IMG/VR virus record: IMGVR_UViG_3300025133_000038
Coordinates: 32,001 to 96,000 of that record
Length of the DNA: 64,000 bases
DNA from: a virus
Direction: 5' to 3' (one strand)
The translations under genes and the position numbers were made by a program. Positions 1-7,386 of the stretch are shown here, one piece after another (position 1 is the stretch's first letter; each line of letters begins with the position of its first letter). Under the pieces are notes generated by a model that saw only the letters and a program-made list of their open reading frames with translations, made no database searches and was not told where the DNA came from.

Positions 1-240
1 AATGCTACTCACTACAAGCTAGCTAATCCAGCGTTTATCGCTCAGGCTGGTGATGGTGGTTTGGGACTTGAGGCATGGCCCATGTTCTCGACTGAAGACC
101 TTGAGGAAGTTGTTGTTAAGACACAAGATGTGATTTGTATTGTGGAAGCACACTCATCACTAAGTAAAGGCTATAAGGCTTTTGCAGATGAAGAGACGGT
201 TATCACTCCTAAGAAACCTGGATTGATATTACCTAAGTAG
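1..240 (+). CDS. 5'-truncated small phage protein, Sm-like fold suspected
   Basis: Frame 1 open from window start to TAG at 238-240 (NATHYKLANPAFIAQ...GLEAWPMFS...TPKKPGLILPK); resembles small conserved myovirus proteins. Confidence 0.6.
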   Translation, partial: NATHYKLANPAFIAQAGDGGLGLEAWPMFSTEDLEEVVVKTQDVICIVEAHSSLSKGYKAFADEETVITPKKPGLILPK

Positions 241-256
241 GCTAACGCCTACGTTT

Positions 257-328
257 GGCCCATTCGTCTACTGGAAGGACTGTTAGTTTTTCAAGCTAGC
301 AACGAGAGTTCGAATCTCTCATGGGCTA
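257..328 (+). tRNA. tRNA-Glu(TTC)
   Basis: Acceptor GGCCCAT/ATGGGCT, anticodon loop TT-TTC-AA, T-loop TTCGAAT; no encoded CCA. Confidence 0.9.
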
Positions 329-332
329 CTAT

Positions 333-409
333 GGCGGTGTTGAGGTTGTTGGCAGCCTTGCCTGGTTTTCACCCAGGAGATAGCGTGGGTTCGATTCCCA
401 TCATCGTCA
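333..409 (+). tRNA. tRNA-Glu(TTC), second divergent copy
   Basis: Acceptor GGCGGTG/CATCGTC, anticodon arm CCTGG-TTTTCAC-CCAGG, T-arm GTGGG-TTCGATT-CCCAT. Confidence 0.85.
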
Positions 410-419
410 CTAAGGAGAT

Positions 420-599
420 ATGATTATGTATGTTGATGAAAGGTATTGCGAACACTGTCAAGAGAATACTATGCAAAAGTGTGTTGACAGTGAACATGAA
501 AGAGATAGTTCAGCAGACTGGGAGAAGTGCCTAACTTGTGGTTGGGAGTATCACGGTATGACTGGAAAAAGAGAATATTATGATTGGTCCTCGCGCTGA
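420..599 (+). CDS. small Zn-ribbon protein (59 aa)
   Basis: AAGGAG RBS; CEHC and CLTC motifs; read manually. Confidence 0.6.
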   Translation: MIMYVDERYCEHCQENTMQKCVDSEHERDSSADWEKCLTCGWEYHGMTGKREYYDWSSR

Positions 600-762
600 G
601 GTTCAGCGAGTATCCCTGATAAGGACACTGGCAGGTTTCAATTACCTGGGGGACTACTTTGATTACGAGGAGTGGTTGAGAGAGGCGACGGCGAACGAAA
701 AGCATACCGAAAGGTGGAGGCCGTGTGTAGTAATCAATAATATTGGATTCAAAGTAAGCTAA
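580..762 (+). CDS. hypothetical protein
   Basis: 60-aa ORF overlapping the end of the upstream ORF. Confidence 0.4.
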   Translation: MIGPRAEVQRVSLIRTLAGFNYLGDYFDYEEWLREATANEKHTERWRPCVVINNIGFKVS

Positions 763-831
763 GTAGTATAACTAAGTAAGAAAGTATGTATCAGTCTAAT
801 TTACTGTTACTTTTCTTACAAGGAGAATGCT

Positions 832-1140
832 ATGAAGGTTTACAATGTTGGTGGTGATTGTTTAGAAGGTGGGTGGGAGTGGGACCATGTTGTTGCTGAA
901 AAGTATGACTGGTTTGTATATTCATACAGTGACAATGGGTATGATGGAGATGGAGAAGCAGTAGGTTACAGGGATGGAATCCTATACTTCTACAATCTAT
1001 GTCATTGTTCTTGTTACGGTCCACTAGACGGTGGTGGGTCTGCTACTTCGGTAGAAGACTGGAAGACCAGCGTTGACATCCATGATGTGGATACTCGTGA
1101 TGGAGACATCCGAGCGAAGCTGATTGAGTTGCTAAGCTAA
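832..1140 (+). CDS. conserved phage hypothetical protein
   Basis: AAGGAG RBS; GYDGDG and HCSCYGP motifs typical of a small phage family. Confidence 0.75.
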   Translation: MKVYNVGGDCLEGGWEWDHVVAEKYDWFVYSYSDNGYDGDGEAVGYRDGILYFYNLCHCSCYGPLDGGGSATSVEDWKTSVDIHDVDTRDGDIRAKLIELLS

Positions 1141-1184
1141 CACTATGAGGCCCCACTGAGCCAGCCTGGCAAATCAGTGAACAT

Positions 1185-1253
1185 GGGGGTACTTCATGGG
1201 TGAGCGCTGACTTTTGCAAAGTCGGACGGCGGGTTCGATTCCCGATACCTCCA
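1185..1253 (+). tRNA. tRNA-Ala(TGC), compact D-arm
   Basis: Acceptor GGGGGTA/TACCTCC with G3:U70, anticodon arm TGACT-TTTGCAA-AGTCG; 69 nt. Confidence 0.85.
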
Positions 1254-1268
1254 CTAAAGGAGATTAAT

Positions 1269-1544
1269 ATGAGCGAAGTACTTATACTTCAGTATATTGA
1301 ATACGTTGACGATGTAGAAGAACGAAATGAAATCATTGGGGTTTACTCTGATTTTGAAAAGGTTCAAGACGCCATTGTCTCAACTGTTGGAGAGGGACAG
1401 TATTCTCTATATAGAATGAGAGCTATGGAGTGGGACGAAGATGGTAATAGGGTGGCAGAGTTTGTTAAGGCAGATAGAAGAGTCTGTAAAGTGTTTTGGG
1501 CATCCGAAATGAAGATAGACCAGAAACCGAGTATAAAAATATGA
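1269..1544 (+). CDS. hypothetical protein
   Basis: AAGGAG RBS before ATG 1269; the longer ORF call overlaps a tRNA. Confidence 0.7.
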   Translation: MSEVLILQYIEYVDDVEERNEIIGVYSDFEKVQDAIVSTVGEGQYSLYRMRAMEWDEDGNRVAEFVKADRRVCKVFWASEMKIDQKPSIKI

Positions 1545-1756
1545 GCGAGCAAGAAGATTGGGAAATTCCCACTGAGGTAGCAGCAGAGTGCTGGGAGGCT
1601 GGAGCATCAATGCAAAAGTCTTTTGAAGCGAGTCCTTTGCTAAATGCTGAGGGTAAAGAGAAGTTGAAGGAAGAGATTCGTAAAACCATTGAGATGTTTG
1701 GGAGCCATGCTCCTGTGAGACTATCTCATTGGATTGACTACTTGAATGGAGTTTAA
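1541..1756 (+). CDS. hypothetical protein
   Basis: ATGA overlap with the upstream stop. Confidence 0.65.
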   Translation: MSEQEDWEIPTEVAAECWEAGASMQKSFEASPLLNAEGKEKLKEEIRKTIEMFGSHAPVRLSHWIDYLNGV

Positions 1757-1761
1757 GATAT

Positions 1762-1831
1762 AGGTCGCTCCTCCTGGGAGAGGCTTTCGGTTCCAACCCG
1801 AAAAGACGGGGTTCGACTCCTCGGCGGCCTG
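1762..1831 (+). tRNA. tRNA-Trp(CCA), compact D-arm
   Basis: Acceptor AGGTCGC/GCGGCCT, anticodon arm TTCGG-TTCCAAC-CCGAA, T-loop TTCGACT. Confidence 0.85.
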
Positions 1832-1850
1832 CTTTGCCTCGCGCGGCAAT

Positions 1851-2012
1851 TGTCCTAAGTAAGACACTAAACTACTAGGTGAAGACCAATACCTGTCGAG
1901 AGTAATTAACTCGACGAAGAGATAACCTATACTATAGTGTAATTGGAAACATACTTGGTGGAGAACCAGGAGATGCCAGTTCGAGTCAGGCTAGTAAAGT
2001 TTCTCAGGTCTT
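1851..2012 (+). ncRNA. putative structured RNA with 5' pseudoknot and embedded tRNA-like domain
   Basis: Nested helices AAGACC/GGTCTT, GTCGAG/CTCGAC and GAGA/TCTC enclose a cloverleaf at 1928-1998. Confidence 0.6.
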
Positions 2013-2014
2013 AT

Positions 2015-2088
2015 GGGTTGCAGGTGTTATTGGTAGCATTCCAGACTCTTAATCTGAGAGGTCGCGGGTTCGAATCCCCGGCAACCCA
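2015..2088 (+). tRNA. tRNA-Lys(CTT)
   Basis: Acceptor GGGTTGC/GCAACCC, loop CT-CTT-AA, T-loop TTCGAAT. Confidence 0.92.
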
Positions 2089-2112
2089 CTTACTTTAATT
2101 AAAGGAAAAATT

Positions 2113-2256
2113 ATGTATTGGTTACTAAATCTATTGATGCCTGTTTGTGGAGAATGTAGGTCTTTGAAGATGGTTGATATTTCGCCTACTTCGGAGTTTA
2201 GGAAGTTCTTCCTTTGTAAGAGTTGTGGCAGTACTAAGAACTATAGGGCAAGATAA
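2113..2256 (+). CDS. small Zn-ribbon protein (47 aa)
   Basis: AAAGGA RBS; CGEC and CKSC motifs. Confidence 0.55.
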   Translation: MYWLLNLLMPVCGECRSLKMVDISPTSEFRKFFLCKSCGSTKNYRAR

Positions 2257-2432
2257 TGAGCGGATGGGATAAATACGATTTTGCTATGGATAAATTCCAT
2301 CTTTGGATGTTAGAAGAATTTTGCGATATTTTGCTTGAAGAGCATATAGATGAAATCGCCCTAAAGGCAGTTAAGATATTTAGAGAAGAATGTGAACTTC
2401 AAAATAAGGAGACTATTGAGCCGAAACGCTAG
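2256..2432 (+). CDS. hypothetical protein (58 aa)
   Basis: TAATG overlap with the upstream ORF. Confidence 0.5.
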   Translation: MSGWDKYDFAMDKFHLWMLEEFCDILLEEHIDEIALKAVKIFREECELQNKETIEPKR

Positions 2433-2482
2433 GTGAATGCCCACCAAGGTCGGAGCGTAATAATATAAAAACTGACAAACAT

Positions 2483-2553
2483 GCGTGTGTCGTATAATGG
2501 TATTACCTAAGGTTTCCAACCTTATGACGGGAGTTCGATTCTCCCCACACGCT
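2483..2553 (+). tRNA. tRNA-Gly(TCC)
   Basis: Acceptor GCGTGTG/CACACGC, anticodon arm TAAGG-TTTCCAA-CCTTA. Confidence 0.95.
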
Positions 2554-2554
2554 C

Positions 2555-2657
2555 TTGAAGTAGTATGGGACCGTAAGGCCATACCTCATCGCCCCTCATC
2601 TAATAGGTGATACATGTGTCGATAAGCCGGATATGGGTATAGCGTAAGATACTTCAA
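2555..2657 (+). ncRNA. putative multi-stem small RNA between two tRNAs
   Basis: Closing stem TTGAAGTA/TACTTCAA with internal hairpins GTATGG/CCATAC and ATCGCC/GGTGAT. Confidence 0.5.
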
Positions 2658-2661
2658 ACCA

Positions 2662-2733
2662 GGGCCATTATTTCAATGGTTAGAATATCTGCTTGACGTG
2701 CAGATGATAAAGGTTCGATTCCTTTATGGCCCA
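2662..2733 (+). tRNA. tRNA-Val(GAC)
   Basis: Acceptor GGGCCAT/ATGGCCC, anticodon arm TCTGC-TTGACGT-GCAGA. Confidence 0.93.
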
Positions 2734-2737
2734 CTAT

Positions 2738-2809
2738 AGCTTCCTAGTGTAATGGATAGCACGCAAGTTTCCTAAACTTTTAGTAGGAGTTCGAATCTCC
2801 TGGGAGCTA
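2738..2809 (+). tRNA. tRNA-Arg(CCT)
   Basis: Acceptor AGCTTCC/GGGAGCT, loop TT-CCT-AA, T-arm AGGAG-TTCGAAT-CTCCT. Confidence 0.92.
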
Positions 2810-2813
2810 CTTG

Positions 2814-2954
2814 ATGGCAACCTATGTATGTAGTAAGTGTGGAGCTTCTTTTGAGTCAAAAGCAAAGAAGCAACCAAAATGTGTTTTATGTAAGGCTTGT
2901 AAGCCTAGATTAGAAAAAGGTAAGAAACCACCTAAAAAACCTGGCGGTGGCTGA
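2814..2954 (+). CDS. small basic Zn-finger protein (46 aa)
   Basis: MATYVCSKCG...LCKACK; read manually. Confidence 0.5.
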   Translation: MATYVCSKCGASFESKAKKQPKCVLCKACKPRLEKGKKPPKKPGGG

Positions 2955-2977
2955 CGTTAACATAAGGAGTCACGGTC

Positions 2978-3232
2978 GTGGCTAAAGCTAAAGTAAAATA
3001 CAGACAGTGTACGTTAGAGTTAACGGTTGACCAAGGAACAGTAGTTAAAGATGTTGCCTGGATACCCTCTAAGTATGCAAAATTGAACGGATTCGTAAAA
3101 ATCCAAAAGAATGGGGTTTGGGTCAATGGATGGAAGGTTACTGGTGTCGGCTCACATGAAATCGACGAAGTTCCCGATATTAACAAGCAAATTCGCGGTC
3201 ATAGAAAAAACACTGGAGATTCGCTACGATGA
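2978..3232 (+). CDS. hypothetical protein
   Basis: AAGGAG RBS, GTG start, 84 aa. Confidence 0.7.
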   Translation: MAKAKVKYRQCTLELTVDQGTVVKDVAWIPSKYAKLNGFVKIQKNGVWVNGWKVTGVGSHEIDEVPDINKQIRGHRKNTGDSLR

Positions 3233-3675
3233 GTAAAGATTCTAAGATTGATTTTATTAGAAAGCTGTCTGAGTCTAAAATAGCAAAAACAAAAGTTGAT
3301 GCAGCGAAAGGGTGGGTTGTTAGAAGGGGCGAATTAGCAAAGAAGTGGTTTATCGACCAAGCTAAGAAGGCGAAAACGGCGTGGACTACTGTGGTGGCGG
3401 TTGCTGCCCTATTAGGGTATAATCTTAGTATTACGCCTATTGAGGAACCAGTGATTGTGGAGCCCGCGAAGCCCTCTGCTGTCATTAATAAAGAGGTTGA
3501 GGAGATAGTTGAGTTGGTTGAGGAGATTAAGGAAGAGGTGAAGCCAGAAGTGCAAGAACCAGAAATTAAGCCTGAAACCAAAGCTGTCCGAATCAAGGAT
3601 GGCGGCACAACGGTCATTATCAACGGAAAAGAGTACCAAAATGGACAAGTCGAAAAAGACGAAGCAGACTACTAA
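3229..3675 (+). CDS. hypothetical membrane-anchored protein
   Basis: One hydrophobic segment followed by a Glu/Pro/Lys-rich linker. Confidence 0.7.
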   Translation: MSKDSKIDFIRKLSESKIAKTKVDAAKGWVVRRGELAKKWFIDQAKKAKTAWTTVVAVAALLGYNLSITPIEEPVIVEPAKPSAVINKEVEEIVELVEEIKEEVKPEVQEPEIKPETKAVRIKDGGTTVIINGKEYQNGQVEKDEADY

Positions 3676-3685
3676 GTAGTCAAAT

Positions 3686-3757
3686 GCGCCTGTCGTATAG
3701 TGGTTATTATGGAACATTGCCAATGTTCAGACAGCAGTTCGATTCTGCTCAGGCGCA
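3686..3757 (+). tRNA. tRNA-Gly(GCC)
   Basis: Acceptor GCGCCTG/CAGGCGC, anticodon arm GAACA-TTGCCAA-TGTTC. Confidence 0.95.
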
Positions 3758-3759
3758 CT

Positions 3760-4455
3760 ATGAAGACAATAGCTATAACACTACACAAGAGAGCTGATTA
3801 CACTAAACAGGTATTAGACGCCCTCTCCTCTTGCGAGGGAATTGAAGACTATCATGTCATTATGTCTATAGACGGATATGACGCAGATGTGACTAATGAG
3901 GCAAATGCCTTTTCTTCCTGCAAGACTAAAGAAGTGTTAAATCACGAGATTTACGGATGTAGCCTAAATACCTACTTTGTGCTAGATAGGGCATTTTCCA
4001 AATCGGACTATGTTATCCATATTGAGGATGACACTGTTCCTTCGGTTGATGCTCTCCGTTACTTTGAGTGGGGCTATCAGCATATGCTGAATAGGGAGAT
4101 ATTCTCCATAGGTGGATATAACAGAGAAGGTACTATTGACAGTTCTGCCTCTGAGCTAAATACAGCAGAGGGTTTTATCTGTTGGGGTTGGGCGACTTGG
4201 AAGAATAGATGGGAGTGGGTAAAGTTTAACCTAAACCACTATCCAGACCTTTCATGGGCTGTTCGAGTTAATCATACTGTAAATACTAAGAGGATGAAAC
4301 ATATTTTCCCTGATGTTTCACGAATACAGAATGTTGGTGCCAGAAACGGCGTTCACATAACTGAAGAAGAACATGCTGATATTCATCACGTTAAACATTG
4401 GATGGGTGATAGAAAGCCATATTTTGGGGACTATTTACTTAAAAGTGGTCACTAA
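3760..4455 (+). CDS. GT-A fold glycosyltransferase (GnT-I-like)
   Basis: IHIEDD (DxD-type), CWGWATW and PDVSRIQNVG motifs; start moved downstream of the tRNA. Confidence 0.8.
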   Translation: MKTIAITLHKRADYTKQVLDALSSCEGIEDYHVIMSIDGYDADVTNEANAFSSCKTKEVLNHEIYGCSLNTYFVLDRAFSKSDYVIHIEDDTVPSVDALRYFEWGYQHMLNREIFSIGGYNREGTIDSSASELNTAEGFICWGWATWKNRWEWVKFNLNHYPDLSWAVRVNHTVNTKRMKHIFPDVSRIQNVGARNGVHITEEEHADIHHVKHWMGDRKPYFGDYLLKSGH

Positions 4456-4552
4456 CTCTGAAATGTCCGAAAAATTTTTGCCCTTTTAGTGATTTTACCT
4501 AAAAGTGGTCGGTAGCTTCTGAAAGTCCCGAAAAAATTTTCACCTCTTAGGG
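4434..4552. repeat. imperfect 60-bp tandem duplication upstream of a promoter
   Basis: TTTAC(T/C)TAAAAGTGGTC...CTGAAA..CCGAAAAATTTT..CC..TTAG occurs at 4434 and 4494. Confidence 0.75.
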
Positions 4553-4580
4553 TTGACAGGACGAGATTTTCCTCTATAAT
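4553..4580 (+). promoter_or_regulatory. sigma70-type promoter
   Basis: TTGACA-N16-TATAAT in intergenic DNA. Confidence 0.85.
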
Positions 4581-4618
4581 GGGGGAATGGGAAACGAGAA
4601 CCTTTAAGGATTTTATTA

Positions 4619-4843
4619 ATGAGACCTGACTTAACGAGAAAAGAAAAGATTAAGTGTGCCATAGGAGCAGTAATGCTTATTTTTGGGGGCGTTGGCTTAC
4701 TAGGAATGGCAGTTCTTTATTCTGAAATAGTAACTCTTATCTTTGCATTTATTGTCCTTGCTTTTGCTCTTATAGCTTTTACTTACGTTGTATATGATTG
4801 TCTTTGTATGCGAATAGAAAACAAAAAGAGGTATAAAAAATGA
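4619..4843 (+). CDS. small membrane protein
   Basis: Two hydrophobic helices; AAGGA RBS. Confidence 0.65.
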   Translation: MRPDLTRKEKIKCAIGAVMLIFGGVGLLGMAVLYSEIVTLIFAFIVLAFALIAFTYVVYDCLCMRIENKKRYKK

Positions 4844-4911
4844 ACACAGTTTTGAAAGGGTACTCTGATGATTAGGAGGTAACTACTAATCTAACTTAAA
4901 GGAGTACTATT

Positions 4912-5523
4912 ATGAAAAACCGCAATGGTGATTTTCATCACCGTAGGCCGAAAACTACAGCGGAACGAAGAGCAAACCAGGATGTTGACCATAAGGCATA
5001 TGTCCGAGGGAAGAGAACACCAAGAATGCTTCCCAACTCTTACGATGACCTTTGTTCTAATCCACCTCGAAAGAGCTGGAAGTGGCAACAAAGACGTAAG
5101 AAACAGTACCATGAGGCACAAGTCACTAAGCACAGAGTAGAGTTCTCTGCTGATGAGTGGGAGGAAACATGGGCTGTAGAAGAATACCTTCGTAAAAATA
5201 ACATTCGTTATCATATCGAAGAGACTAGGGGAGACCCTATTCACCACAGAAGAGAGATACAAGAAAGAGTTGGTGTTGGACACCCTCGCCCAAAGTATCA
5301 CTTCTACTGGGGTAGAGACGAAAATAAATGTCTTATTAGAGTAAGAGGCCATCAAATAGGATGGGAATACTGGGAATATAAATGGGTTGGCACTGGTAAG
5401 TTCAAAGAGTGGACGACCAGAGACACAATCTCAGTTGAAGTATCCTGGTGGTATGATAAAGATATTGGCTTGGACTATATCCTAGCCAAAGTACAGCACT
5501 ATCGCTATCGTCGATGGTACTAG
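4912..5523 (+). CDS. basic phage hypothetical protein
   Basis: AAGGAG RBS; RGKR...LPNSYDD...KSWK..R.KQY motif. Confidence 0.75.
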   Translation: MKNRNGDFHHRRPKTTAERRANQDVDHKAYVRGKRTPRMLPNSYDDLCSNPPRKSWKWQQRRKKQYHEAQVTKHRVEFSADEWEETWAVEEYLRKNNIRYHIEETRGDPIHHRREIQERVGVGHPRPKYHFYWGRDENKCLIRVRGHQIGWEYWEYKWVGTGKFKEWTTRDTISVEVSWWYDKDIGLDYILAKVQHYRYRRWY

Positions 5524-5530
5524 TACGGAT

Positions 5531-5609
5531 GAGGTTAGAGACTAATGCTTCATGGTGGAGTGCCGATTTGCAACGTCGGTGTCAAGCGGTTCGATTCCGT
5601 CTTTCCTCT
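5531..5609 (+). tRNA. atypical tRNA-Cys(GCA)
   Basis: Anticodon arm CCGAT-TTGCAAC-GTCGG and T-loop TTCGATT are clear; acceptor stem irregular. Confidence 0.6.
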
Positions 5610-5610
5610 T

Positions 5611-5673
5611 TATGCGAGAGAGTAGACTGCCTGAAAGGGTGAATGAGGATTCTCACTTAATGTGACTCGCATA
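5611..5673 (+). ncRNA. putative small three-way-junction RNA
   Basis: TATGCGAG/CTCGCATA closes a GAAA-capped hairpin and TGAG/CTCA. Confidence 0.4.
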
Positions 5674-5679
5674 TTTAAT

Positions 5680-5749
5680 GGCTGGTCCAATGGATTGTGG
5701 CTTCGGGTCTACGAAACCTGACTGATTGGTTCGATTCCAATACTGGCTA
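5680..5749 (+). tRNA. tRNA-Arg(ACG), compact D-arm
   Basis: Acceptor GGCTGGT/ACTGGCT, anticodon arm CGGGT-CTACGAA-ACCTG, T-arm ATTGG-TTCGATT-CCAAT. Confidence 0.82.
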
Positions 5750-5781
5750 CTTAACTAGGACAATATTAAAAGGAAATTGTT

Positions 5782-6207
5782 ATGAATTGCGATAAGCAGA
5801 TTAGATTAGCACATGCCGCAGGCGTCTTCGATGTACGTGGAAGCATTCTCCTTCGTAAGAGTTACGTTGGTAAGAATACTCCCAGGGTTTTAGAAGTAAG
5901 GCTCACTGGCATTGAAAAGATTTGGCCTGTTATGGAGTACCTACAGTCAGAGTTTGGCGGCATCATCACTAATGGTGTGAAAGATGGTAGTCGTAAGAAT
6001 TGGGTGTTAGTGGGTCAAAAAGCTCAAGACTTTTTAGGGCAGATAGAGCCCTACTTTAAGAACACTAAGCGTATCGCAAGGGCTTCATTCATTCGCCGCC
6101 GCCTTCGTCTTAGAGATAAGAACTATAAAGGTCTCGGTAAACGAGAGTATGACAGACGAGAGAAGATGGAAGCGGATTGGGATACTCTATTTATTGGAGG
6201 TAGATAG
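5782..6207 (+). CDS. LAGLIDADG homing endonuclease-like protein (degenerate motif)
   Basis: LAHAAGVFDVRGSI; later FGG.I, W and FL..I.PYF..K signatures. Confidence 0.7.
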   Translation: MNCDKQIRLAHAAGVFDVRGSILLRKSYVGKNTPRVLEVRLTGIEKIWPVMEYLQSEFGGIITNGVKDGSRKNWVLVGQKAQDFLGQIEPYFKNTKRIARASFIRRRLRLRDKNYKGLGKREYDRREKMEADWDTLFIGGR

Positions 6208-6218
6208 GATGGTTTATA

Positions 6219-6374
6219 ATGTTATTTTGTAGTGATTGTGCAAACGAAAGAGAGTGGCCTGATGATGCAGTCGTTAGGTCGTTTGGTATATGTGAGCTAT
6301 GTAATACGGTATCACACTGTAATGATGTAGAGGTAGAGTATCTACCTCCTGATGCATTGCTTTTGGAGGAATAA
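6219..6374 (+). CDS. small Cys-rich protein (51 aa)
   Basis: MLFCSDC...GICELC...CND; read manually. Confidence 0.5.
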   Translation: MLFCSDCANEREWPDDAVVRSFGICELCNTVSHCNDVEVEYLPPDALLLEE

Positions 6375-6434
6375 GATGGGTGTTCTATCATGTAGACGAC
6401 ATTTTTGTCCCTCGTAATACTTATGGTTAAGAGA

Positions 6435-6519
6435 GGTGACGTGGTGGAACTGGATATACACATAATGCTTAAACCATTACGCCCATTGAGGATTGAGGGT
6501 TCGAGTCCCTCCGTCACCA
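6435..6519 (+). tRNA. tRNA-Leu(TAA)
   Basis: Acceptor GGTGACG/CGTCACC, loop CT-TAA-AC, long variable arm. Confidence 0.93.
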
Positions 6520-6593
6520 CTTATCGTTTAATATTTTTACCTCTGTAGGTAGAAGTTTGAGTACCGAAATCAGGGGCCTTGGGATGGTATAGT

Positions 6594-7019
6594 ATGGATA
6601 AGACATGTACTAATTGCAAAAAGACGTTAAGTATTACTAGTTTTTCTTTTAAAAATAAGAAGAAGAACATTCGTCATGCTCGTTGTAAACCTTGTGTAAA
6701 TTTTTTTGGTAGTAAACACTACAGGGCTAACTTAGAGGAGTATAAAGCACGTTCTAAGAAGCATAGACCCTTATTAAGAAAACGCAACAAGAAATATTTT
6801 AACGAATACAAAGAGTTAAAAAGGTGTAAGTATTGTTCAGAAAGTACTGCTGTTTGTCTTGACTTTCATCATCGTGATGCTAGTCAGAAAGAGAGTGCTA
6901 TCTCTCGTTTGATTGCATCAAATCATAGTATTGAAACTATATTGAAAGAAGTATCGAAGTGCGATGTTGTTTGTTCTAACTGTCATCGCAAGATACACGC
7001 TGGTATTATTAAAGAGTAA
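6594..7019 (+). CDS. HNH homing endonuclease with N-terminal Zn finger
   Basis: CTNC..CKPC; CKYC...LDFHH...KCDVVCSNCHRKIH; AT-rich. Confidence 0.85.
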   Translation: MDKTCTNCKKTLSITSFSFKNKKKNIRHARCKPCVNFFGSKHYRANLEEYKARSKKHRPLLRKRNKKYFNEYKELKRCKYCSESTAVCLDFHHRDASQKESAISRLIASNHSIETILKEVSKCDVVCSNCHRKIHAGIIKE

Positions 7020-7024
7020 TCGCT

Positions 7025-7109
7025 GGGCGAGTGGCGGAATTGGCAGACGCGCGAGGTTTAGGCCCTCGTTCCCCACAAAGGAGTGCAGGTTCGATTCCTG
7101 TCTCGCCTA
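7025..7109 (+). tRNA. tRNA-Leu(TAG)
   Basis: Acceptor GGGCGAG/CTCGCCT, loop TT-TAG-GC, variable arm. Confidence 0.95.
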
Positions 7110-7230
7110 CTAAATAGGATAAAGCCATGAGAATACTTTGGTGTAAATTGTTCCATCGCAAATGGTGGTTTCTTAATACTAAAATACGAATGCGTTGTGC
7201 ATGGTGTGGAAGATACTGGGAGAATAAGAA

Positions 7231-7386
7231 ATGAGCATTGAAGACTACTTGACTAACCACCTTCGTGAAGAGGAGGGGTTACACTTTGAGTTTGACGATG
7301 ACGAGTCGCACATTGAGAAACTAGCAACGAAAGTTTTCCCGAATAATTTCGACCAGGGCTTGACTTCTTTCGAGGATGGTCTATAA
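7231..7386 (+). CDS. hypothetical protein (51 aa)
   Basis: MSIEDYL...FEDGL; TAATG-coupled to the next ORF. Confidence 0.45.
   Translation: MSIEDYLTNHLREEEGLHFEFDDDESHIEKLATKVFPNNFDQGLTSFEDGL

Noticed and set aside
1832-1880. HDV-like theta ribozyme after tRNA-Trp
   Set aside because: GCC-TCGCGC-GGC resembles P3/L3, but no matching P1 or P2 pairing could be built
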